This document shows, one piece after another, positions 9,491-18,900 of a stretch of DNA of 20,596 nt. Each line of letters opens with the position of its first letter. Positions within the stretch are counted from its first letter, which is position 1. The stretch comes from Octopus sinensis. Taxonomy: Eukaryota. The notes beneath the pieces were generated by a model. That model made no database searches, was not told the DNA's origin, and saw only the letters and a program-made list of their open reading frames with translations. The stretch spans positions 1 to 20,596 of the forward strand of contig NW_021823897.1 of the NCBI RefSeq assembly GCF_006345805.1, given 5' to 3'. Position numbers and translations under genes: made by a program.

Positions 9491-10550
9491 CACGTTAGAT
9501 AATGTAGATCTGAATGTACCATGACTGCAAAAGGGAAAGCAGGCGACCAACAATGTAGCCTCTACATGGTCGCTCCACATGCTAGAAATAGCAGACAGAT
9601 TTTCCCTTTTCCTACTGTATTAAAAAAGACTAGGACAGTGAAAAATTTATGCAGAGATATACAGCTTGAAAAAAATATAGATAGGAAGGTTAAGGGGCCA
9701 GAAACGCTTCTAGGATTCCGATAGAGGGCGACACTGAACAGATAAGATGCTTTTACACATTTTATTATGAGGGGGAATTTTTTCTCTATGGTAAACTGCA
9801 GTAAAATTGCCTTTAGAAGTTAAAACACGCCACATATGTATTTGAACTAATCTAAGGGGACAGATGAGCTGTCCCCTTAGAATGTAAGAAGTTAAGGGCC
9901 GAAACATTTGTGTGAGTAAGATTTCTTTTCTGAAGACCGTCGGCTGTTCAGCTCCCTTGAGAGTTTATTTTACCACCAGTACCAGTTAAATACTGGGGTC
10001 GATGTAATCGAATTGTCCCTGTCTGTGACTATAATAGAAATGATTATTTAACGACTTTTTTTTTCTCAAAATGAAAGGTGTTTGTTGAGGAATATTTCGC
10101 TGTTGTTTCTAACATGTTGAGAGCGTAGACGTTCCTTCTTCATCTTGTGAATGACAGCTTTACCCACGGATGATGTTAGTGTATCGCTATTGATGTGAAG
10201 CGATCCCCTGACTTGGCGTTGACAGGGTACGATCAAGACTCGGACATGTTTAATTGATCAGTAATAAAATTTTTTTTAGATAATTAATTAACTCAATTAA
10301 ATATGAAATATTCATTTCAAAACAAGTAAACATAATTCTTAAAGCTAATGACATTACATGTTGTTCGATATTTTATGTCAAAGTAATTAACAAACCTAAT
10401 TAAAAATTATAAACAGCTATTGTCGTTGTAATAAGAGAATGAGATTGTTCGCAGGCTGTTTACTAGTTTCTGAGAAAGTGGCGTGACGCTTTGTGTGCGT
10501 TGCAGTGAGTGGCGTGTTTAAGGTGAGTGGTTTATGAATTGTGAATTGTT

Positions 10551-10756
10551 TTAAAGTTTGGCACAAAGCCGGCAAATTCAGGGGGAATTTACAGCGATCC
10601 CGGTACTTGACTAGCACTTAATTTTATCGAACAATGAAAATGTGAAAGGCAAAGTTGACCATGGTGGTATTTGAGCTCAAAGCGTAAAAATCCAGAGGAA
10701 ATGGCGCTAAGCATTTCTGTCCGTCAGGCTATCGTTTCTCCTAGCTCGCGGCCTTA
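10551..10756 (-). mobile_element. SINE E, degenerate, tail type 2
   Basis: TTGGCACAAAGCC...GAAAGGCAAAGTTGACC...TTTGAGCTCAAAGCGT...CTAAGCATTTC...AGCTCGCGGCCTTA. Confidence 0.75.
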
Positions 10757-10996
10757 ATAATAATAACTATCCTTTCTACTAAAGGCACAGGGCCTGAAAT
10801 TTTCGGAGAGTGGACTAGTCGATTACATCGATCCCAGTGTTTCATTGGTACTTAATTTATCGACCTCTAGAAGATAAAAGGCAAGCCGACCTCGGCGGAA
10901 TTTGAACTCAGAACACGAAGACGGATGAAGTACCGTCAAGTATTTCGTCCAGCGCGCTAACGATTCTGCTAACACGCTGCCTTGCTCGCTGCCTTA
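10757..10996 (-). mobile_element. SINE E, full-length, tail type 2 ending in a (TTA)n-like run
   Basis: AAGGCACAGGGCCTGAAATTTTCGG...GACCTCGGCGGAATTTGAACTCAGAAC...GCTCGCTGCCTTA. Confidence 0.8.
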
Positions 10997-11500
10997 ATAA
11001 TCCTTTCTACTAGGGGGGGGGCTGGTATATTAGCTCGACCACAGTACGCAACTGGCATTTATTTAATCGACCCCGAAAGGATGAAAAGCAAAGTCGACCT
11101 CGGCGGAATTTGAACTCAGAACGTAGCGGCAGACGAAATACCTATTTCTTTACTGCCCACAAGGGGCTAAACACAGAGAGGACAAACAAGGACAGACAAA
11201 GTGATTAACTCGATTATATCGACCCCAGTGCGTAACTGATACTTATTTAATCGACCCCGAGAGGATGAAAAGCAAAGTCGATCTCGGCGGAATTTGAACT
11301 CAGAACGTAGCGGCAGACGAAATGCTTATTTCTTTACTACCCCAAGGGGCTAAACACAGAAGGAACAAACAAGGACAGACAAACGGATTAAGTCGATTAT
11401 ATCGACCCAGTGCGTAACTGGTACTTATTTAATCGACACCGAGAGGATGAAAGGCAAAGTCGACCTCGGCGGAATTTGAACTCAGAACGTAGCGACGGGT
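10997..11500 (-). mobile_element. Tandem array of about 2.7 headless SINE E units (period about 184 bp)
   Basis: GACGAAAT recurs at 11132 and 11316. Each unit carries AAGGGGCTAAACAC, TCGATTATATCGACCC and CTCGGCGGAATTTGAACTCAGAACG. Confidence 0.9.
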
Positions 11501-11880
11501 GAAAAATGTATGTGAAACGGCTCCTAGCTGGAACTGAAACCTTGCCTTTGGCTTCTAATTGCAGGAAATATACCTCATGCTCTGTAACAACTCTTTACCA
11601 TTTCAGGCCAGATTAGGCTTCTTCCTCATCGCATTAATCTATCACTTTGGGTCCCCATTCGTTGAAGAAAGAAAGGAAAACCTTCTAACTGTTTACACTT
11701 CAGACGCCATTTCTCTTCCTGAGAATATTTATATTTGGGGAGAAGATAACGGAGCTATCAAGTCCACTGATGTAAATATGCGCTCTCTTACATCATGTAC
11801 GTACGGCAAAAGGGGAAAAATGAGTCATTCAATTTCAACAACGGATATAAACCTGTATGCTTATATACGTTTCGAAGAAC

Positions 11881-12468
11881 GTATGTATGTTTGTATGTAT
11901 GTATGTATGTATGTATGATGTGTGTATGTATGTATGTATGTATGTATGTATGTATGTATGTATGTATGTATGTATGCATGTATGTATGTATGTATGTATG
12001 TATGTATGTATGTATGTATGTTTGTATGTATGTATGTATGTATATTTGTATGTAGTATTTATGTATGTATGTGTATGCGTATATATATGTGTGTGTGTAT
12101 GTGTATGTGCACCTTAGTATTTTTTGTTTGTATGTGTTTATATATATATGTATATTGAATATCCATATATATATATATGCATATGCGTATACACATACAC
12201 ACAGACATATAAAATACGTATATGTGATACCCACATCGTATACATGGTTTATTTGTTTTAAGAGACATACAGACATGTACAGAAATGCTTACATACATAT
12301 ATAATGCATACATACATACATCATACATACATACATACATACACGCACATATACATACATACATACATACATACATACATACACGCACATATACATATAC
12401 ATATATTAATCTCTTATATTAATGTGTGTGTGTATATATATATATTTATATAAATATATTGCATACCA

Positions 12469-12509
<41 letters not shown>

Positions 12510-12535
12510 GATACACACATACATACATACATACA

Positions 12536-12583
<48 letters not shown>

Positions 12584-12780
12584 CATACTTGCTTCCCTAC
12601 ATATATGTGTGCGTGTGTATGTATATATATATATACTTGCATACCTACATGTATACATGTGTGTGTATATACATACATACATACATACATACATAGACAC
12701 ATATATTTTATAAGTCTATAGATACACACAGTCTCTCTCACACACACATGACACACACACATGACACACATGTACACGAT
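11881..12780. repeat. Large compound microsatellite: (TATG)n block followed by oppositely oriented (CATA)n/(CA)n/(TA)n blocks
   Basis: Read directly. It explains all the MYVC/HTYI ORFs in this interval. Confidence 0.95.
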
Positions 12781-13092
12781 GGGAACATGCATACTTTGGT
12801 TTTGCTTTATATATGAAGAAAAAAAAATGAAAGAAAACAAATATAAACCCGCCTCTGACTCGGAGCTATCTGCACTAAATTTGCTAATTTAACTGTTTTA
12901 AGTCAGTGTTGAAGAATTCTGCACTGGAAGAATTCTGCAAGATTTTGGTGACGAACAACAGTTGGAATTTCGCACCATTTCAATAATCAAAGAATGTCTT
13001 TTTCCTGAGACAAGTCACTTATTAGTAACTGCTTTCCTGAACACTACTATATGAAATGGATGGCGGATGGCGGGGTGCACGAGTGTGCGGAT

Positions 13093-13204
13093 GGAGGCGT
13101 GGAGGCGTGGAGGCATGGAGGCGTGGAGGCGTGGAGGCATGGAGGCGTGGAGGCGTGGAGGCATGGAGGCGTGGAGGCGTGGAGGCATGGAGGCGTGGAG
13201 GTGT
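13093..13204. repeat. GC-rich minisatellite: 14 copies of the 8-bp unit GGAGGC(G/A)T with a 24-bp higher-order period
   Basis: [(GGAGGCGT)2 GGAGGCAT] x4 + GGAGGCGT + GGAGGTGT. Confidence 0.95.
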
Positions 13205-13332
13205 ATACTGATGTCAGTCGGTGCTGCCAATGTGTGTTCCATGTAATTTTGTTTCTCTAATTTTGCCTCAAGATCAGCAATTTTTGAGATTTTGATGGGG
13301 AAGGAGCAGTCCACTGCTTATCTGGTACTTAC

Positions 13333-13374
13333 TGTTTCTGGGTGAAGTGAGCCTTCAAAAGACTCCAGACTCGG
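13333..13374 (-). CDS. Candidate internal exon (42 nt) of the unidentified minus-strand gene; PSLESFEGSLHPET in phase 0
   Basis: GTTTTTTATAAG|CCGAGT acceptor and GAAACA|GTAAGT donor. Open in phase 0, which matches the end phase of exon 17258-17313. Also open in phase 2 (RVWSLLKAHFTQK). Confidence 0.45.
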
Positions 13375-13940
13375 CTTATAAAAAACATCACACAAGCACG
13401 CACACACACAAACACACACAAACATTGACACACACACAATCTTTATATCCAACTAACGTTGAAAGGCAAAGTAGACCCTGGTGGCATTTGAACAAGGTAT
13501 ATTGTCAGTCTTTTAAATACAACGAATTATCATTAAAAACATAACTATTAATACCAGAAGCAGTATTAAGAGCAAAAGGCAATCTTAATATCCAACTTAA
13601 TGTAGATGTTTTGTTAAAACGCCGTGTACTGTGGCATACACCTTGAGAGGAAGTATCATATGGATGCGTAGGGTATAAGAACACACATTTATATTGTTGG
13701 CTGATGAAAATCATCTGCTATGGGCACCGGATCTGCTTCTATCAACCATATAAATATGAACTGCTTCTCTCAACGATATACATATGAATGCCTTTATTCC
13801 CCCATGCGTCCGTTTGAAAGGACCACTCAAGACGAATACCGAATATCGCAATGCTTGGCGTTCTAACAAAGCTTCTACGTTTAGTTGCATATAAAGATTG
13901 CTTTTCGGTATTAATATTGTAGTGGGGTCGATTCACTCAA

Positions 13941-13941
13941 C

Positions 13942-13986
<45 letters not shown>

Positions 13987-13988
13987 TC

Positions 13989-14057
<69 letters not shown>

Positions 14058-14070
14058 TATTATTATTATT
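13941..14070. repeat. (TGTC)n-(TATC)n-(TAT)n compound microsatellite
   Basis: Read directly. Confidence 0.95.
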
Positions 14071-14171
14071 TAAGGTTACGTCGATTCCTCTCTGTGTTAT
14101 TTTGCATTTATAAGGAAATAAATATATACAAATTATAAAAAAGTAATAAAAAATATATACAGTACAGTACT

Positions 14172-14245
14172 GTTTCTACTTCGCGGATTTTCACTTATCG
14201 TGGGAGGTTATGGAACGGAAAACTCGCGATAGTCGAGGTTTACTG
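14172..14245 (-). mobile_element. Tigger/pogo-like (Tc1/mariner superfamily) MITE terminus relic
   Basis: Reverse complement CAGTAAACCTCGACTATCGCGAGTTTTCCGTTCCATAACCTCCCACGATAAGTGAAAATCCGCGAAGTAG resembles pogo/Tigger left ends. Confidence 0.55.
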
Positions 14246-14271
14246 CCAACATGTATATATATATATATATA

Positions 14272-14305
<34 letters not shown>

Positions 14306-14403
14306 GGTATTTAAATGTGTGTGTATGTATCTCTCAATGAAAAAAGATTGCAGACATAGCTTTGATGGTCGGGGTAAATAGTTAGATAGACAGACAGACA
14401 AAC

Positions 14404-14455
<52 letters not shown>

Positions 14456-14904
14456 GACTTAATATAGCTAGACATTAATATAGCTACACATATAGCTACA
14501 GATTGATACGAAGAGAAATGAATAAAGAAAACGCGTACATATTAATCGACCGTAGCCTTAATTGAATAGTTAGAAGAGGCTTCCGTGTGAATCTAACAAC
14601 ATTTTCACCCCGAATCTATTTCCATACACCTCAATATCGAGTGAATAGTTTCACCTTCCGAGTTTGTAATTAGTAAAATTTTTTTTTTCCTCTTGTATAA
14701 AGAAAAATCAAATGGAAAGATAAAAGGACGGTTAAGTGGGAAAAGAAACAAATAAGTTGAGAGAAAGAAGTGAAAAGATATAAATTCTCACGTGTTTATA
14801 TCGGCGATGAGGATATTTTCCTTAAACGATTGCTTTTGAATTGGCCGTGTTTATGGAGGATAACTTAAGACATGCAACGAAAATGGACGCTTTGTACCGG
14901 GACA

Positions 14905-14931
14905 CGAATATATATATATATCTGTGTATAT

Positions 14932-14997
<66 letters not shown>

Positions 14998-15231
14998 CCA
15001 CATACTACATACATGCATATATATGTAAAAAATTGATATATACATACATATATACATTCATAATATATATTTGATACACGTATATATATATACATAAATA
15101 CACATGTATATGTGTGTGTATTAACCATATATATAGTTTAAGTGCCTGTTATGATGTATAAATATGCATATATATATATATATATTATATATATATATAT
15201 ATCGATGTACGTATATATGAATGTGTATAAA

Positions 15232-15300
<69 letters not shown>

Positions 15301-15420
15301 GTGTACAGATATGCATATGTGTTTATATTTATTACACACACACGCACACGCACCACACACACACACACACACACACACCACCCACACCACACACACACAC
15401 ATATATAAGCATGTACATGT
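14905..15420. repeat. (TA)n/(CA)n compound microsatellite
   Basis: Read directly. Confidence 0.9.
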
Positions 15421-15904
15421 ACGTATGTGCTGTCGAAATTTTATTTGTGTACCACACGTTACAGAACTTATATAGGCCGAAACCTCCATAGGTATGTACG
15501 TAATTTCTTACATAAACACATACGGAAGTATATTTATAACTTTCAATGTACATCTCTCTCTTTCCTTTTCTTTACAAACCCTCTGACACACACACACACA
15601 CACACACACGTTTACGCACACATATATATACACACACATGTACACACACATATGTTAGATGTGAAAAAAAAAAACACACACACAAGTAAGAAAGAAAGCA
15701 TTGAAATCTTTTACATATGGTTTTGTAGTCCAGAAGCAAAGCGATAAGATAGACCAAGTCACATAAAGGTAAAACCTAATAAAGTACAGCCATTTTGAGC
15801 GCACACGTTTCTCGAAGACGGCCTGCACTGATATGGTTTCCGCCCGGGGTCTATAGGGACCATCGGTTCGTAAAACATGTGTACTAACGTGCGTGAGCGT
15901 GTGC

Positions 15905-15935
<31 letters not shown>

Positions 15936-15994
15936 CGTCCTTTCAAGTTGACTATGTGGGAGGGCGAGCAATAATTAGATATATTGAGCATATG

Positions 15995-16329
15995 TGATGT
16001 GTGTGTGTATGTCTGTCTGTCTGTCTGTCTGTATGTATGTATGTATAGGTGTATGTGTATGTGTATGTATGTACGAAGGTAGGTAGGTATATACAAATTT
16101 ATATCCAAGTATGTATAATGCATGTATGTATGTATGTATGTATGTATGTATGTATATATGTATGTAAGTATGTATGTATGTATATATGTATGTATGTATT
16201 TACCTATCTGTCTCTCTGTCTGTCTGTCTATCTATCTAATTATCTATCTGTCTGTCTGTCTGTCTGCCTATCTATAAATCTATCAATGTCTCTCTCTCTC
16301 TCTCTTTATATATATATATATATATATAT

Positions 16330-16360
<31 letters not shown>
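15995..16360. repeat. (TGTC)/(TATG)/(TATC)/(TA) compound microsatellite
   Basis: Read directly. Confidence 0.9.
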
Positions 16361-16361
<1 letters not shown>

Positions 16362-16362
16362 C

Positions 16363-16745
16363 GGAGGTGCAATGGCCCAATGGTTAGGGGCAGCGGACTA
16401 GCGGTCATAGGATCGCAGTTTCGATCCCCAGAAACACTCTGTTGTGAGTGTTTATTGAGCGAAAACACTTAAAGCTCCACAAGGCTCCGACAGAGAGAGG
16501 TGGCGAACCCTGCTGTACTCTTTCACCACAACTTTCTCTCACTCTTTCTTCCTGTTTCTGTTGTACCTGTATTTCAAAGGGCCGGCCTTGTCACACTCCG
16601 TGTCACGCTGAATCTCCCCGAGAACTACGTTAAGGCTACACATGTCTGTGGAGTGCTCAGCCATTTGCACGTTAATTTCAAGAGCAAGGTGTTCCGTTGA
16701 TTGTATCAGCTGGGACCCTCGTCGTCGTAACCGACGGAGTGCCAC
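16363..16745 (+). mobile_element. SINE C, tail type 2
   Basis: GGAGGTGCAATGGCCCAATGGTTAGGGGCAGCGGAC...GTTTCGATCCCCAG; tail ends CGTCGTAACCGACGGAGTGCCAC. Confidence 0.85.
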
Positions 16746-16773
16746 TACGATATATATATTTATGTATGTATGT

Positions 16774-16813
<40 letters not shown>

Positions 16814-16817
<4 letters not shown>

Positions 16818-17127
16818 CGCAATGGCCCAGTGGTTAGGGCAGCGGACTCGCGGTTGTAGGATCGCGGTTTCGATTTCCAGACCGGGCGTTGTGAGTGTTT
16901 ATTGAGCGAAAACACCTAAAGCTCCACGAGGCTCCGGCAGGGGGTGGTGGCGATCCCTGCTGTACTCTTTCGCCGCAACTTTCTCTCACTCTTTCTTCTG
17001 TTGGCCTGCTCGCTTAGCCAGCGGGGTGGCCGTCATTTGAAGGCTTCAATTAACAATGCGAAGGCATTGTGGCCAGCGATGTGTAGCAACATCTGATAGC
17101 CTGGTCGGTCACGGAGATCACGGTGAT
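16814..17127 (+). mobile_element. SINE C, tail type 3
   Basis: GAGGCGCAATGGCCCAGTGGTTAGGGCAGCGGACTCGCGG...GGTTTCGATTTCCAG; tail ends GGTCACGGAGATCACGGTGAT. Confidence 0.85.
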
Positions 17128-17257
17128 ATATATATATTATAATGTTTGTTTTTAAGTCCAGTTATAATAAAAATATTTTTACATGAATCTGTTGGGTTAC
17201 TGTTGGGTTATACAGTACAAATTTATTATTCTTAAATAAAATCTTATTAACAGTTAC

Positions 17258-17313
17258 TTTGAAGTCCCTTTCAGCTAAACTATATAATCTGGCTATGTCA
17301 CTTGTAACCACAC
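17258..17313 (-). CDS. Candidate internal coding exon (56 nt, phase 1 to 0): (S)VVTSDIARLYSLAERDFK
   Basis: Long U-rich tract ending TTTTTTTTTTGCAACACAG|GTGTGG, and donor TTCAAA|GTAACT. The open frame matches the phase-1 end of exon 18353-18416. Confidence 0.6.
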
Positions 17314-17497
17314 CTGTGTTGCAAAAAAAAAAGGCACAAAAAACACGAAAAAATAATCGAAAACCCGAAGACAAACAGTAAAATAACGTTGGAAACTGAA
17401 AAGAGTTCACAAGATTTTCATCATAGTTTCATGTAACAAACCGCACGCATACACACACACACAGACGCACACACACACAGACGCGCGCGTACACAAA

Positions 17498-17655
17498 CAT
17501 GCTTCTATACAGTTTCCTTCCACCAAATCTACTCAAAAGGCACTGGTCGGACGGAGCTATATAGCAGAAGACATTTTCTGAAGATGTATCGCAGTGGGGA
17601 CGAAACCGAAACTAGGTGAGTGCAAACTGTGCTTCTTAACCATACAGCCATGTTG
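17498..17655 (-). mobile_element. SINE module A, degenerate
   Basis: CAGTTTCCTTCCACCAAATCTACTCAAAAGGCACTGGTCGG...GCTATATAGCAGAAGACA...CTTCTTAACCATACAGCCATG. Confidence 0.75.
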
Positions 17656-17667
17656 TAGGATACATCA

Positions 17668-18260
17668 TTTTATTCTTTATTGCCCACAAGGGGCTAAACA
17701 TAGAGGGGACAAACAAGGACAGACAAAGGAATTGAATCGATTACATCGATCTCAGTGCGCAACTGGTATTTATTTAATCGACCCCGAAAGGATGAAAGGC
17801 AATGCCGACCTCGGCGGAATTTGAACTCAGAACGGAAAGTCAAACGAAATACCTATTTCTTTACTACCCACAAGGGGCTAAACACAGAGGGGACAAACAA
17901 GGACAGACAAACGGATTAAGTCGATCATATCGACCCCGATGTGTAACTTATACTTATTTAAACGATGAAAGGCAAAGTCGACCTCGGCGGAATTTGAACT
18001 CAGAACGTAACGGCAGACGAAATACCAATTTCTTCACTACTCACAAGGGGCTAAACAGAGAGAGGACAAACAGGGACAGACAAACGGATTAAGTCGATTA
18101 TATCGACCCCAGTGCGTAACTGGTACTTATTTAATCGACCCTGAAAAGATGAAAGGCAAAGTCGACCTCGGCGGAATTTGAACTCAGAACGTAACGGCAG
18201 ACGAAATACAGCTAAGCATCTCGCCCGGCGTGCTAACGTTTCTGCCAGCTCGCCGCCTTA
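17668..18260 (-). mobile_element. Tandem SINE E trimer: one unit with head (about 18026-18260) and two headless units
   Basis: Junctions CGAAATAC-CTATTTC (about 17845-17859) and CGAAATAC-CAATTTC (about 18018-18032). Head GCTAAGCATCTCGCCCGGCGTGCTAACGTTTCTGCCAGCTCGCCGCCTTA at about 18211-18260. Confidence 0.9.
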
Positions 18261-18352
18261 GAATACATGATTTGTAGAATACAACATTTGTTAGGATCGG
18301 TGACCACTTACTGTAACAAAGAAACAAGAAAATCCTTTGCTGAGAAACTTAC

Positions 18353-18407
18353 TATAGGAAATCTGTACATCTTGAAGGTGTAGGCTTAAACATCTATCAT
18401 CCGTCAT
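18353..18407 (-). CDS. Candidate first coding exon (exon 18353-18416, ATG at 18407-18405): MTDDRCLSLHLQDVQISY + 1 nt; product unidentified
   Basis: A pyrimidine tract of more than 60 nt precedes TTTTAAG|TGTGG. ATAATGA start context. Donor CTATA|GTAAGT. Confidence 0.55.
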
Positions 18408-18678
18408 TATTCCACACTTAAAATCGTGTTGCCATAAAAACAAACGAAAAACGAAAGACAGGAAAAAAAAAAAGAGAAGAAAGAAGGTAAGAAAAGATGT
18501 TAAGAACACTGAGATAAAATGCCAGGAGCGGAGAAGACAAAGGAAAAACAGAAACAATAAAAATTCCGAATCACCAATTATAAGACCGGCAGAAGCAATT
18601 ATGTTTGCATCGAGGAAAACACAAGGATTGGTAGGGCCGTTTTAATCTCGTACTTCGTCATTGTTCGACATCATTTAC

Positions 18679-18900
18679 CTTAATTGTGTGTGTGTGTGAG
18701 AAGGTGTAGTTTGGTTAAATATGAGGGAACAATCGGTAAACGATTGCGACAAACAAACCAAAAAAAAAAAAACAACAACATCAAACAAAAGACACGAAAT
18801 AAAAATGGACGTGAAATGAAATGGCGGCCATTTTGAGGACATCATCGATCGTCGGCGCAAGGATATATGATTGCTTCCACGACGCTGAACCTACATCAAA
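18679..18900 (-). other. Candidate non-coding first exon (5' boundary approximate)
   Basis: Donor ATTAAG|GTAAAT at 18678, in a CpG-rich segment. The frame that would join exon 2 has a TAA, so translation would start in exon 2. Confidence 0.4.
18819..18833. promoter_or_regulatory. Palindromic double YY1/Pho-type site AAATGGC-G-GCCATTT
   Basis: Perfect 7-bp arms. Each strand reads AAATGGC(G/C)GCC, the YY1 core typical just downstream of transcription starts. Confidence 0.45.

Noticed and set aside
10997-11500. CRISPR-like array
   Set aside because: Units are about 184 bp and near-identical along their whole length with no unique spacers. There are no cas genes and the context is eukaryotic.
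15759-15880. 'KPYQC' zinc-finger-linker-like peptide in a CpG-rich patch
   Set aside because: There is no C-x2-C…H-x3-H pattern around it and the splice signals are weak.
16363-16890. tRNA genes
   Set aside because: A and B boxes are present, but the acceptor stems do not pair and the sequences continue into shared SINE bodies. These are tRNA-derived heads only.
553-17824. Recurring peptides such as CPRCHAVGLNPEPCGW, LIDPERMKGKVDLGGI and LCTLSPQLSL
   Set aside because: They recur because they are read from SINE A, E and C copies, not from a gene family.
18481-18492. Plus-strand donor AAG|GTAAGA
   Set aside because: It lies inside the purine run that is the minus-strand polypyrimidine tract, and no matching plus-strand exon is evident.
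6700-18680. Intronic C/D-box snoRNAs, tested because the small-exon gene resembles a snoRNA host
   Set aside because: Box C-like ATGATGA on the minus strand (near 6770 and 17420) has no CTGA box D or terminal stem at a suitable distance. H/ACA RNAs could not be assessed by eye.
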